A stretch of 64,000 nucleotides of DNA from assembly GCA_963807975.1 (NCBI GenBank), contig CAWEDV010000001.1, forward strand, positions 2,326,508 to 2,390,507. The letters run 5' to 3'. The stretch comes from an uncultured Chloroflexia bacterium (lineage in GTDB: Bacteria; Chloroflexota; Anaerolineae; Promineifilales; Promineifilaceae). Each line of letters begins with the position of its first letter. Position 1 is the first letter of the stretch. A program made the translations under genes and the position numbers. The notes below the pieces were generated by a model. It was not told the DNA's origin. It did no database searches and saw only the letters and a list, made by a program, of their open reading frames with translations. Positions 27,950 through 36,616 of the stretch are shown in pieces.

Positions 27950-28767
27950 AGCAGGTTGTCGTAACGGGCAGTTTCGATGATATACGCTCCAGGCACGTCC
28001 GTTTCCTGGAAGAAGCTGCCAAATTAGGACTGCTGCACGTCGTGTTATGGTCCGACAAAACAGTACTTTCGCATACCGGCGCGAGTCCCACATTCACCGA
28101 AGCCGAACGTTTCTATTTCGTACAGGCCATCCGCTACGTTGATCAGGTTAGCATCCTGCGCGGTGCAATCGATCCCGATCAGATACCCGTCGTCGGAGCC
28201 GCCCTGCCCCAGGTCTGGGCTGTTACGGAAGAGCAAGACAAGCCGCCAAAACGTGCCTTAAGTGCAAACGCAGGGATTGAATATCATGTTGTAGAGGAAG
28301 CGCAGCTCATGCGCTTTCCGCCCTTACCGGTAATCAAGCATAATAATGATCGGCATAACAAAAAAGTTGTCGTGACCGGCTGCTTTGATTGGCTGCATTC
28401 TGGCCATGTACGCTTTTTCGAAGAAACATCAGAACTAGGCGATCTCTATGTAATCCTCGGCCACGATCAAAATATACTGCTGCTAAAGGGAGAGGGGCAT
28501 CCCCTATTTCCAGAAAATGAGCGGCGCTATATGGTGCAGGCCATCCGCTTTGTTAAGCAGACCCTGGTTTCCACGGGCAGTGGTTGGATGGATGCTGAAC
28601 CGGAAATTGCTTTGCTGCAGCCAGACATGTACGCCGTGAATGAAGACGGGGATAAAGGCAAAAAACAGGCCTTTTGTGAAAATCATGGCATCGAGTATGT
28701 GGTCCTGCAGCGCTTACCAAAAGAGGGTTTACCCAAACGAGAGAGCACAGCCCTGCGCGGATTTTAA
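27946..28767 (+). CDS. Tandem cytidylyltransferase-fold (HxGH-type) nucleotidyltransferase-like protein; first domain degenerate
   Basis: Domain 1 VVVTGSFDDIRSRHVRFLEEAAKLG (no HxGH). Domain 2 VVVTGCFDWLHSGHVRFFEETSELGDLYVILGHDQN (intact HxGH). Confidence 0.65.
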   Translation: MKQVVVTGSFDDIRSRHVRFLEEAAKLGLLHVVLWSDKTVLSHTGASPTFTEAERFYFVQAIRYVDQVSILRGAIDPDQIPVVGAALPQVWAVTEEQDKPPKRALSANAGIEYHVVEEAQLMRFPPLPVIKHNNDRHNKKVVVTGCFDWLHSGHVRFFEETSELGDLYVILGHDQNILLLKGEGHPLFPENERRYMVQAIRFVKQTLVSTGSGWMDAEPEIALLQPDMYAVNEDGDKGKKQAFCENHGIEYVVLQRLPKEGLPKRESTALRGF

Positions 28768-28858
28768 ATTTTGACAGAAACCTGCTAAATTTTAGTCAAA
28801 AGATAATCGCCAATGACAGCAATTGCCGTCCTGACAGATATATCCTAGGGAGGAAGAG

Positions 28859-29929
28859 GTGTTCTATCCACTGATTATGGCCGGAGGAACCGGCACCCGA
28901 TTGTGGCCTTTGAGCCGCAAGCAGTTTCCCAAACAAGCCTTGAATATAGACGGCGAACAAACGTTAATCCAGCATGCCGTGCGCAGGCTCACGCCGCAGT
29001 TCCCGGCGGAACAGATTTTCATCATCACCCGCCAGGAGCATGTGGCCCCGCTCTCTGCGCAGGTGCCTGAACTGCCCATTGAAAACTTCATCGTTGAGCC
29101 GGAAGGTCGCGGCACAGCTCCGGCTATCGGCCTGGCCGCAATCCAACTGCAGCAGCGTGATCCCGACGCGGTCATGGCTGTATTAACCGCCGATCATTTG
29201 ATCAAGGATCAAGAAAGCTTCCGCCAGATACTGTTAGCGGCGGAGAACGTGGCCCGCGACGGCTACTTGGTGACCTTGGGCATCAAGCCCTCATTCCCTT
29301 CTACCGGATATGGATACATTCGTCAGGGTGACGCTGTCGCTTCTTCTGACCAATTTGAAGTCTTTTCGGTCGAGCAGTTCATGGAAAAACCCGATGCTGG
29401 CACAGCCCAAGAGATGCTCGCCAGCGGCGACTACTCCTGGAACAGCGGCATGTTCATCTGGCAAATAAGGCGCGTCATGGAAGAGTTTAGGAAGCAGATG
29501 CCTGAATTCTACGAGAAACTAATGGTCGTCAATGAAGCGATCACTGCCGGGAGCTACGAGCAAACTTTGAGCCACATATGGCCCACCGTCCAGAAAGAGA
29601 CCATCGATTACGGGGTGATGGAAGGCGCACAAAAAGCGGTCGTTATCCCTGTTGACATCGGCTGGTCGGATGTCGGTAGCTGGGCCGCCGTTTATGACGT
29701 CCTACCTGCCGACGAACATGGCAATCGCGTAACCGGTCAACATGCCGGTATTGATACCCAAAACACATTGGTGATTGGCGACAAGCGCTTAATCGCCACC
29801 ATCGGTCTGGATGGCCTTATCATCATCGACACCGAGGATGCTTTGCTGGTCTGCACCCGCGAAAAGGAACAAGAAGTACGAGCCATGGTCAAGCTTCTGG
29901 AGCGGCAAGGACAGGAAAAAATTCTATAA
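28859..29929 (+). CDS. Mannose-1-phosphate guanylyltransferase (NTP-transferase domain only)
   Basis: IMAGGTGTRLWPLSRKQFPKQ..., GYLVTLGIKPSFPSTGYGYI, WNSGMFIW. GTG start with RBS GGGAGGAAGAG. Confidence 0.8.
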   Translation: MFYPLIMAGGTGTRLWPLSRKQFPKQALNIDGEQTLIQHAVRRLTPQFPAEQIFIITRQEHVAPLSAQVPELPIENFIVEPEGRGTAPAIGLAAIQLQQRDPDAVMAVLTADHLIKDQESFRQILLAAENVARDGYLVTLGIKPSFPSTGYGYIRQGDAVASSDQFEVFSVEQFMEKPDAGTAQEMLASGDYSWNSGMFIWQIRRVMEEFRKQMPEFYEKLMVVNEAITAGSYEQTLSHIWPTVQKETIDYGVMEGAQKAVVIPVDIGWSDVGSWAAVYDVLPADEHGNRVTGQHAGIDTQNTLVIGDKRLIATIGLDGLIIIDTEDALLVCTREKEQEVRAMVKLLERQGQEKIL

Positions 29930-30076
29930 ACACTGAGCTGTTATTTTGTTCTATTTTGCTTGACCGCATCATCCGTTCCGGATCTGGCAGCGCTTTAAGG
30001 TCTAGGTTGAGTCGTGTACGAATTATGGTATAGTTGATTTAGTTGACATAGCATAAAAATCGTACAGGATTGTTCA

Positions 30077-31321
30077 TTGGCTAAGTCCAAAAAGAAGCCC
30101 CCGAATCGATTAAAGAGCGCTTTCTTTTTGCTGCTGCTCTTGATTGTTATCTTACCACTTCTCGCTGGTCTCATTTCCAAGGATTACCGGGGGGTTTCAT
30201 ACGGCTGGTTCATCACCATCTTTTGGTTGGCGGCTAGTTTCTTCGCCTTCTGCTTCAGCCTTATCTACTTCGCACAATTTGTTCTCCCCCACCAAGAAGG
30301 GAAAAGCTGGAACGACGGCATCACCATGCTGCTGCGATCGATAGTCCAGTTTTTACCCTGGCGACCCCAATGGTATTTGCCGTCTGACTTTCCAGGTCAC
30401 GAGCATCTACCATCAAGCTTCAATTCACTTCGTGCAGGTCTACTTCACAGCCACCAGGCAGTGGCGATCAACAAGGGTACAAGCTATGCCCGCGCGGATG
30501 GCCCAGGTTTTGTGAGCCTCTCATCTGGCGAGTATGTAGGACAAGTCCTCGACCTGCGCCTTCATTTCCGCAAGCAGGATGTTGACGCAATCACGCGTGA
30601 CGGAATCCCACTCACATTGGCCCTTAGAACGACGTTCCGCATTAAACCTGCTTCACCAGATCCTGATGAAGGCAACAGAATGTATTCGTACGACAAGACA
30701 GCCGTTTTTCAAATTAGCCAGGCCAACAGCGTCGACGAAAACAACGAATACCTCCCCTGGGCGGAACAGATCGTACCCCAGGCTGCATCCTATTTGGTTA
30801 GCGAGGTAGCGCAATTTTCGCTCAACAGATTATCTGAAGAACCTCGGCTACTCGTCGGTATTCAAGATCGTGTGAAATTGATGCTGGAAAGAAATTTTGC
30901 CGCCTTGGGAATCAAGATCAACAGTGTGACCGTATTTATGATTGATTTCCCGGATGAGATCGTGGAGCAGCGGCTGGCAAACTGGAAGGCTCCCTGGGAA
31001 ATCAAGAGTGAGCTGCTTGATGCCGAGAGGGACGCTGAAACCCTGCGACGCCTAAAACACGCCCGAGCTGAAGCACAAGTCGAGATAATTGACAGCATCA
31101 TGAAGAGGATTCAACGCATGCGGCGCGGTCAGAATATTTCTTTACCGCAGGTTGTCAACCTACGTGTCATTGAGGCACTTGACGAAGCGATAGCGACGAG
31201 TCCATGGCAAACCCATTTCCCAGGACGGGTATTGGCTGACATGGCTTTAGAAACGTCTCACCAGATACAACCACTAACACCACCCTTGGAAAGCGAACAG
31301 GAGGAAGGGGATGAGAATTAG
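30077..31321 (+). CDS. SPFH/band-7 domain membrane protein with polytopic N-terminus (paralog 1)
   Basis: TTG start (track). 2-3 N-terminal TM helices, then GTSYARADGPGFVSLSSGEYVGQVLDLRLHFRKQDVDAITRDGIPLTLALRTTFRI (SPFH-like), then coiled-coil tail. Confidence 0.55.
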   Translation: MAKSKKKPPNRLKSAFFLLLLLIVILPLLAGLISKDYRGVSYGWFITIFWLAASFFAFCFSLIYFAQFVLPHQEGKSWNDGITMLLRSIVQFLPWRPQWYLPSDFPGHEHLPSSFNSLRAGLLHSHQAVAINKGTSYARADGPGFVSLSSGEYVGQVLDLRLHFRKQDVDAITRDGIPLTLALRTTFRIKPASPDPDEGNRMYSYDKTAVFQISQANSVDENNEYLPWAEQIVPQAASYLVSEVAQFSLNRLSEEPRLLVGIQDRVKLMLERNFAALGIKINSVTVFMIDFPDEIVEQRLANWKAPWEIKSELLDAERDAETLRRLKHARAEAQVEIIDSIMKRIQRMRRGQNISLPQVVNLRVIEALDEAIATSPWQTHFPGRVLADMALETSHQIQPLTPPLESEQEEGDEN

Positions 31322-32690
31322 TCTCCCTTCTTCTCTGTCTCGCCGGTTGAACACCCATGAGGATGGTTTGTTCAATTTGCATACCCTCTTTACATTTTTT
31401 TTGTGGTTGATATTTTTTGCCTACTGGTTCTTCGTCTGGCAAATGGAACGTATTGATCTGGAGCAATTTCAACGTTCGTATCCCTTTTCCCTACCCATAT
31501 TTGTAACCACTATTTTGTCCTTTATTCATCCCCGGGTATTACGCCATTTGATTCCCGTCATCCTCGGCTGGCTGCTGGCCTATGAGATAGCAGCCAATTT
31601 GCTTTTTCATCTATTTGAAATGCCAAGTTACAGGTCGGCCCGTGCATTTCTTTTCAAGCTGCGTGTTCCCATCTATTCCTCGGCCGATATTATTACCGTT
31701 ACTCCTCAAACAATGGAGATACTGCAGGAAGAGGCGGCCCATGGTCGCGCAGGCGGACCTGGACAATACATAATTCCAGTAGGGCACGCCGCAGTTACAG
31801 GTCAAAACGGCTGCTTCAGTCGAACCCTTGAATCGGGCTTGCACGCGCTCAATAACTTCGAATATATCCATGCCGTATTTGACCTACGTCCCCAGCACCG
31901 GAGAAGAACTGATGTACAAGCTTATTCGAAGGAAGGCTTGGCAGTGACAGCCGATATAGGGGTAACTTTCCGGATCAGTACCAACGGTGTCGCTCCAACA
32001 CCAGAACAACCCTTTCCCTGTGAAGCTGATGCCATACGCAAGATTGCCTATGGCCAGCTCAACTTAGCGAATAATAACGTCACCAGTTGGGAGAATTATG
32101 TGCTGGTAAAAGCTACCGATTATTTGCAATCGAAGGTGATGGCGTTTTCCATAGACGAGCTGTTAAAAGAGCCTGAAACAGAAATCGGGACCCACTTCAC
32201 GATTCATCAATTCGTAGAAAGAGAGACCAGGAAAGCCATGGAGACGAGAGGAGTGGAGATAATTCGACTGCGTATCGGCCGCTTCAATTTCCCAGAAGAA
32301 GTTACCAAGCAGCATATCACCTATTGGAGCGCCGACCGCAGCCGCGCATTGGCCAAAGCCAAAACGGAAGGTGAGGCTGCGGCATATATTGAGAAGGAAG
32401 TTGCCCGCGCCGAAGCGGAAATGGACATGATCAAGGAAATCGTGGGTGCAATTCGCGAAGCCAAGCGCAGTGGGCATACCGGCGCCGGAAGCGTCATCGT
32501 AGCTTTGCGCTTAATTGAGTCACTGGAAAGAGTAGCCCTAAAATCGCAAACCGCCATTTCCGTTCCCGACGAGATGCTGCACCAGCTGCAAACGCTGCAC
32601 CAACAGCTTCTTGTCGCTGGAGGAGAGGAAAGCGATGCCGGCTTCTTCCCACCAGGACCACCTCTACCAAATAAGAGGCCTCTAACTTAA
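31311..32690 (+). CDS. SPFH/band-7 domain membrane protein (paralog 2), overlaps upstream paralog by 11 bp
   Basis: RBS GGAGGAAGGGG then ATG. IIPVGHAAVTGQNGCFSRTLESGLHALNNFEYIHAVFDLRPQHRRRTDVQAYSKEGLAVTADIGVTFRI matches the SPFH consensus; long coiled-coil C-terminus. Confidence 0.6.
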   Translation: MRISLPSSLSRRLNTHEDGLFNLHTLFTFFLWLIFFAYWFFVWQMERIDLEQFQRSYPFSLPIFVTTILSFIHPRVLRHLIPVILGWLLAYEIAANLLFHLFEMPSYRSARAFLFKLRVPIYSSADIITVTPQTMEILQEEAAHGRAGGPGQYIIPVGHAAVTGQNGCFSRTLESGLHALNNFEYIHAVFDLRPQHRRRTDVQAYSKEGLAVTADIGVTFRISTNGVAPTPEQPFPCEADAIRKIAYGQLNLANNNVTSWENYVLVKATDYLQSKVMAFSIDELLKEPETEIGTHFTIHQFVERETRKAMETRGVEIIRLRIGRFNFPEEVTKQHITYWSADRSRALAKAKTEGEAAAYIEKEVARAEAEMDMIKEIVGAIREAKRSGHTGAGSVIVALRLIESLERVALKSQTAISVPDEMLHQLQTLHQQLLVAGGEESDAGFFPPGPPLPNKRPLT

Positions 32691-32753
32691 ACAACATGGC
32701 AGATGCCAGAGAGTGCTCGGCATTGTACTGCTTATAGAAAAAGGAAACTCAAG

Positions 32754-33683
32754 ATGGGCGATCATGTACTAGTTATCGGCGCGACACTGCTGGACACCAA
32801 GGGCAAACCGGATGCAGGCCTTGAACCAGGCACCTCTAATCCGGGCACTATCCGCCGCGCTCGCGGTGGCACAGCTCGCAACGTGGCCGAAAACCTGGCC
32901 CGGCTGGGCATAGAAGTTCTGTTGATATCCGCCGTCGGCAGTGACACCATCGGCGAACAACTGCTGACCCAAACAGCCGCAGCGGGCGTCAATCTCGAAT
33001 ATTCACTCACCATCGACGGAGCCAATACCGGCGCCTACCTGGCCCTCTTGGACGAAGATGGAGCCCTGGCTGTAGCGCTGGACGACAGTGGCGTCATGGA
33101 AAGCATCACCCCCGCCCATCTACACCGTCACCGCCGGCTTTTTCGCGACGCCTCAATGATCATGATGGACGGCAGCCTGACCCAGCCCGCCATGAAGACC
33201 ATCGTCCGCCTGGCCACGCAGTATAATGTACCGCTCTGCGCCGACCCATCCTCCGCCCGCCTGGCCCGCAAATTACGCCCTTATCTCCCCCATTTGCATC
33301 TCGTCGTACCCAATGAGGTCGAGGAAGCAGAACTGCTCGATGAAGATTATCGAGGATTTGATCCCGATGCCAGCCTTGCCCTGGCCCAACGCCTGGTCAG
33401 AATCGGGGTTGAACATGTGGTCATCACCTTATCCGATTTTGGTCTCAATTACGCCACCACCGACGAGGTCGGTTATGTGCCCCCATCCTACAGCAAAATG
33501 ATCGATGCTACCGGAACAGGCGACGCGGTCACAGCCGCAATTATGTTTGGCCTGCTTAATGATCTGCCAACCATTGAGTGTATGCGCCTGGGGGCCGCAG
33601 CCGCCAGCGTGACCGTACAGAGCCAAGAAACTGTCGTCCCCGATTTGAGCCTAGATATGCTCTACGATCATCTGATTGTATAA
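32754..33683 (+). CDS. PfkB-family carbohydrate/nucleoside kinase (ribokinase/pseudouridine-kinase-like)
   Basis: VLVIGATLLDTKG..., GGTARNVAENLARLG, DATGTGDAVTAA (anion hole / DTxGAGD). Confidence 0.75.
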   Translation: MGDHVLVIGATLLDTKGKPDAGLEPGTSNPGTIRRARGGTARNVAENLARLGIEVLLISAVGSDTIGEQLLTQTAAAGVNLEYSLTIDGANTGAYLALLDEDGALAVALDDSGVMESITPAHLHRHRRLFRDASMIMMDGSLTQPAMKTIVRLATQYNVPLCADPSSARLARKLRPYLPHLHLVVPNEVEEAELLDEDYRGFDPDASLALAQRLVRIGVEHVVITLSDFGLNYATTDEVGYVPPSYSKMIDATGTGDAVTAAIMFGLLNDLPTIECMRLGAAAASVTVQSQETVVPDLSLDMLYDHLIV

Positions 33684-33749
33684 TCCCGCTTTGGGCTTGG
33701 TCGCGGGCGGCTTTCCCATTCTTACAAACAACAGAAAAGTGATATTGGC

Positions 33750-34415
33750 ATGAATGATTGGCTAGGTTTTGCTATTTCCCTCGTTTATATTTTCGCTCTT
33801 ATCGGCCTGGCCGAATTCCTGCGTCGCAGCCGCGGCTACGGCAGTGACTTCACCCGCAAGGTGATCCATATCGGCGTGGGCATGCTGGCCTGGGCCCTGC
33901 CTTTTCTCTTTGATGAGCCATGGCTGTTCATCGTCGCTTGTGTCGCATTCATGATCATCAACCTGCTGGATTGGCGCTTTGGATTTTTTGCGGCCATGTC
34001 CAGCAGCAGCCGCAGCAATCTGGGCACCGTCTATTTCCCCCTGGCGGCAGCAATTGTTGCTTATTTGTACTGGGATACACCACCGATTATGGTCGCCGCG
34101 CTAATGCCCTTAACCTGGGGCGATGGCCTGGCACCAGTAATCGGCAAAAAGTTCGGCAAACACACCTATCAAATCCAGGGCACAACCCGCTCCATTGAAG
34201 GCTCCGTTGGTTTCTTCTTCGCAGCCTTTTTGGCCACCTGGCTGGCCCTGTGGATCATTCCCGGCGCGCCGCAGATAATCCCCGCCGAAGCCTTGATACC
34301 GGCATTGATCGTCAGTTTCGCCACCGCCTTGGTGGAAGCGGTCACCATTTGGGGCCTGGACAACCTCACCGTCACCGCAACGGCCATGATCATCCTGTCG
34401 CTGTGGTTTTTCTAA
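33750..34415 (+). CDS. CTP-dependent polyprenol (dolichol/phytol) kinase family membrane protein
   Basis: RKVIHIGVG...TWGDGLAPVIGKKFGKH motif; 6 TM helices. Confidence 0.6.
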   Translation: MNDWLGFAISLVYIFALIGLAEFLRRSRGYGSDFTRKVIHIGVGMLAWALPFLFDEPWLFIVACVAFMIINLLDWRFGFFAAMSSSSRSNLGTVYFPLAAAIVAYLYWDTPPIMVAALMPLTWGDGLAPVIGKKFGKHTYQIQGTTRSIEGSVGFFFAAFLATWLALWIIPGAPQIIPAEALIPALIVSFATALVEAVTIWGLDNLTVTATAMIILSLWFF

Positions 34416-34419
34416 ACTC

Positions 34420-35076
34420 TTACCACCCCTCTTCACCAATCAGCGGTACAAAAGCCACCGCGCCTAAGTCAGCGCGCCGGTAATCGATCTCCGACTCCCT
34501 GGTCAGGCAGATCAGATGCTGCCGCCGCTCGCTGCTGCCCACGGGCATGACCAGCCGTCCCCCAATGACCAGCTGCTCTTTTAACGATAAAGGCACGTCA
34601 GGCCCCCCGGCAGAGACGACAACCGCATCATATGGCGCTTCCTCTGGCCAGCCCAAAGTGCCATCTCCATGATGTACAATCACATTATCGTACGCCAGTG
34701 CACTCAATTTCTCTCGGGAAAATTGAACCAGCTGCTGCAAACGCTCTACCGTATGCACTTCAGCGGCGATCTGGCCCAGCAGCGCAGCCGCGTAGCCCGA
34801 TCCAGAGCCAATTTCCAAGACCCGATGGGCCGGTTCCAGACGCAGGGCGCGAATCATCAAGGCCACGACATAAGGTTGTGAGATCGTCTGCTGCCCCGGT
34901 ATGGGCAGCGGTGTATCGTCATAAGCAGACTTCTGGTAATTTTCCATGACAAAAGCTTCACGGGGAACGGTGCGCATGGCCTGCAAGATCGCAGCGTCCT
35001 GGATGCCCCGCCCCTCAATTTGGTGGGCAACCATCTGCTCACGAAGAGCACGATACGCCTTCTCTTCCTCTGCCAT
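34420..35076 (-). CDS. pcm: Protein-L-isoaspartate O-methyltransferase
   Basis: VLEIGSGSGYAAALL, TISQPYVVALM. Confidence 0.85.
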   Translation of the reverse strand: MAEEEKAYRALREQMVAHQIEGRGIQDAAILQAMRTVPREAFVMENYQKSAYDDTPLPIPGQQTISQPYVVALMIRALRLEPAHRVLEIGSGSGYAAALLGQIAAEVHTVERLQQLVQFSREKLSALAYDNVIVHHGDGTLGWPEEAPYDAVVVSAGGPDVPLSLKEQLVIGGRLVMPVGSSERRQHLICLTRESEIDYRRADLGAVAFVPLIGEEGW

Positions 35077-35341
35077 GCCAATTCCCTTTTGCTAATCCCA
35101 CCAGCTTCCCTATAATTCATGCCGGAGGAGAAGCACCTGCAGCTTCGTTCGTACTAACAAGCCGGATCCTGTTCATTTTAGCATATGCTGGCCGCTGCGC
35201 GCATTAAACCGGTTTTATCCTGGTGACCTATATCATATTAGCCAGACCGTTTATTGATTCTCGGTGTTATGAACTTCTTGCATCGAATTAGACAGAGCCA
35301 TAACCGCAATATAGCCTGAAAGCAAGCTTGAGGAGAATTAT

Positions 35342-36616
35342 TTGTCAAACGAAGCTCCCGTAAGCTCAGAACAAAAGCGAATTGTGTCCGTACTATTCGT
35401 GGCCCAGAGCTTTTTCTCGGCCAGCTCAATAGCCGCGTTCACTCTCTCGCCGATCATATCCTCTACCTTGAGCGGCACAGACAGTTGGGTAGGATTACCC
35501 AACACGCTGACGCTGTTGGGCCGGGCTGGCTTTGCCCTGCCCTTAGGGATCATGATGGATCGCTTTGGCCGGCGCTGGGCCCTTTCCAGTGGCTATAGCA
35601 TGGCCATCATCGGCAGCGCTATCTCCGTTGGAGCCATTATCAGCGAGAGTTGGCTGCTCTTCTTACTCGGAGCGTTGTTTCTGGGAATGGCGCGCAGCGC
35701 TGGCGATCAAAGCCGCTATGTGGGCGCAGAGGTCTTCACCCTTTCCCGACGGGCCAAAGTAATTGGCCTCATCGTTTCCGCGGGAACGATGGGCGCCATT
35801 TTCGGCCCCCTCTTGGTGCCCGTAAGCACTACCTGGGCCGCCCGCCTCAGCCTACCTGAGAGCACAGGCCCTTTTATAGCTTCCGGAATTCTGATGGTCT
35901 ACGCTACAGGAGCGGTATTATTCTTCTTGCGGCCTGATCCCAGAGAGCTGGGGGAAGAGATAGCGGCGCAAGAAGCGGCCGAAAACCCACAAAGTATCGA
36001 CAATCTTGTCACTGGAAGAAGGCCCTTACGCCTAATTTTCGCCGCGCCCATGGTGCAGTTGGCCATCTTTGCCATGGTCCTAGGTTTCTTCATCATGGCC
36101 TTTCTGATGGTCATCACCCCTCTGCATATGGACCGCGCCGATCACACCACTGCCGCCATATCAACCGTGATCATGGCCCATACCCTGGGTATGTACGGCC
36201 TTTCCTGGCTCACCGGAGGCCTGATCGACCGCTTCGGCCGTATCCCCATGATCTTGGCCGGCACAGCCATCCTGGGTGTTTCCTGCTTTTTAGCTCCCCT
36301 CTCGCTTCGCGTGCCCATCCTGGGTCTGGCCCTGTTTCTACTGGGTTTAGGTTGGAACTTCTGTTATGTCTCTGGCTCATCCCTGCTCTCGGACGCCCTT
36401 GCCGCCCATGAGCGCGCCCGCGCCCAGGGAGCCAGCGAAGCCTTGGTAGCCATCGGCGCTGGCCTGGCCAGTCTTTCTGTAGGCCTCGTTTTCGCACAGG
36501 GGGGTTATTTACTGGTCAGCGTAATCGCCGGATTCGCCACCTTGCTGCTCCTCTTTCTCACCTACTGGTTGGTGCGCAAGGATCGTGAGATCAAGGTGCC
36601 CCTTGTCGAACACTAA
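35342..36616 (+). CDS. MFS transporter
   Basis: 12-TM profile, MDRFGRR motif. Confidence 0.7.
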   Translation: MSNEAPVSSEQKRIVSVLFVAQSFFSASSIAAFTLSPIISSTLSGTDSWVGLPNTLTLLGRAGFALPLGIMMDRFGRRWALSSGYSMAIIGSAISVGAIISESWLLFLLGALFLGMARSAGDQSRYVGAEVFTLSRRAKVIGLIVSAGTMGAIFGPLLVPVSTTWAARLSLPESTGPFIASGILMVYATGAVLFFLRPDPRELGEEIAAQEAAENPQSIDNLVTGRRPLRLIFAAPMVQLAIFAMVLGFFIMAFLMVITPLHMDRADHTTAAISTVIMAHTLGMYGLSWLTGGLIDRFGRIPMILAGTAILGVSCFLAPLSLRVPILGLALFLLGLGWNFCYVSGSSLLSDALAAHERARAQGASEALVAIGAGLASLSVGLVFAQGGYLLVSVIAGFATLLLLFLTYWLVRKDREIKVPLVEH

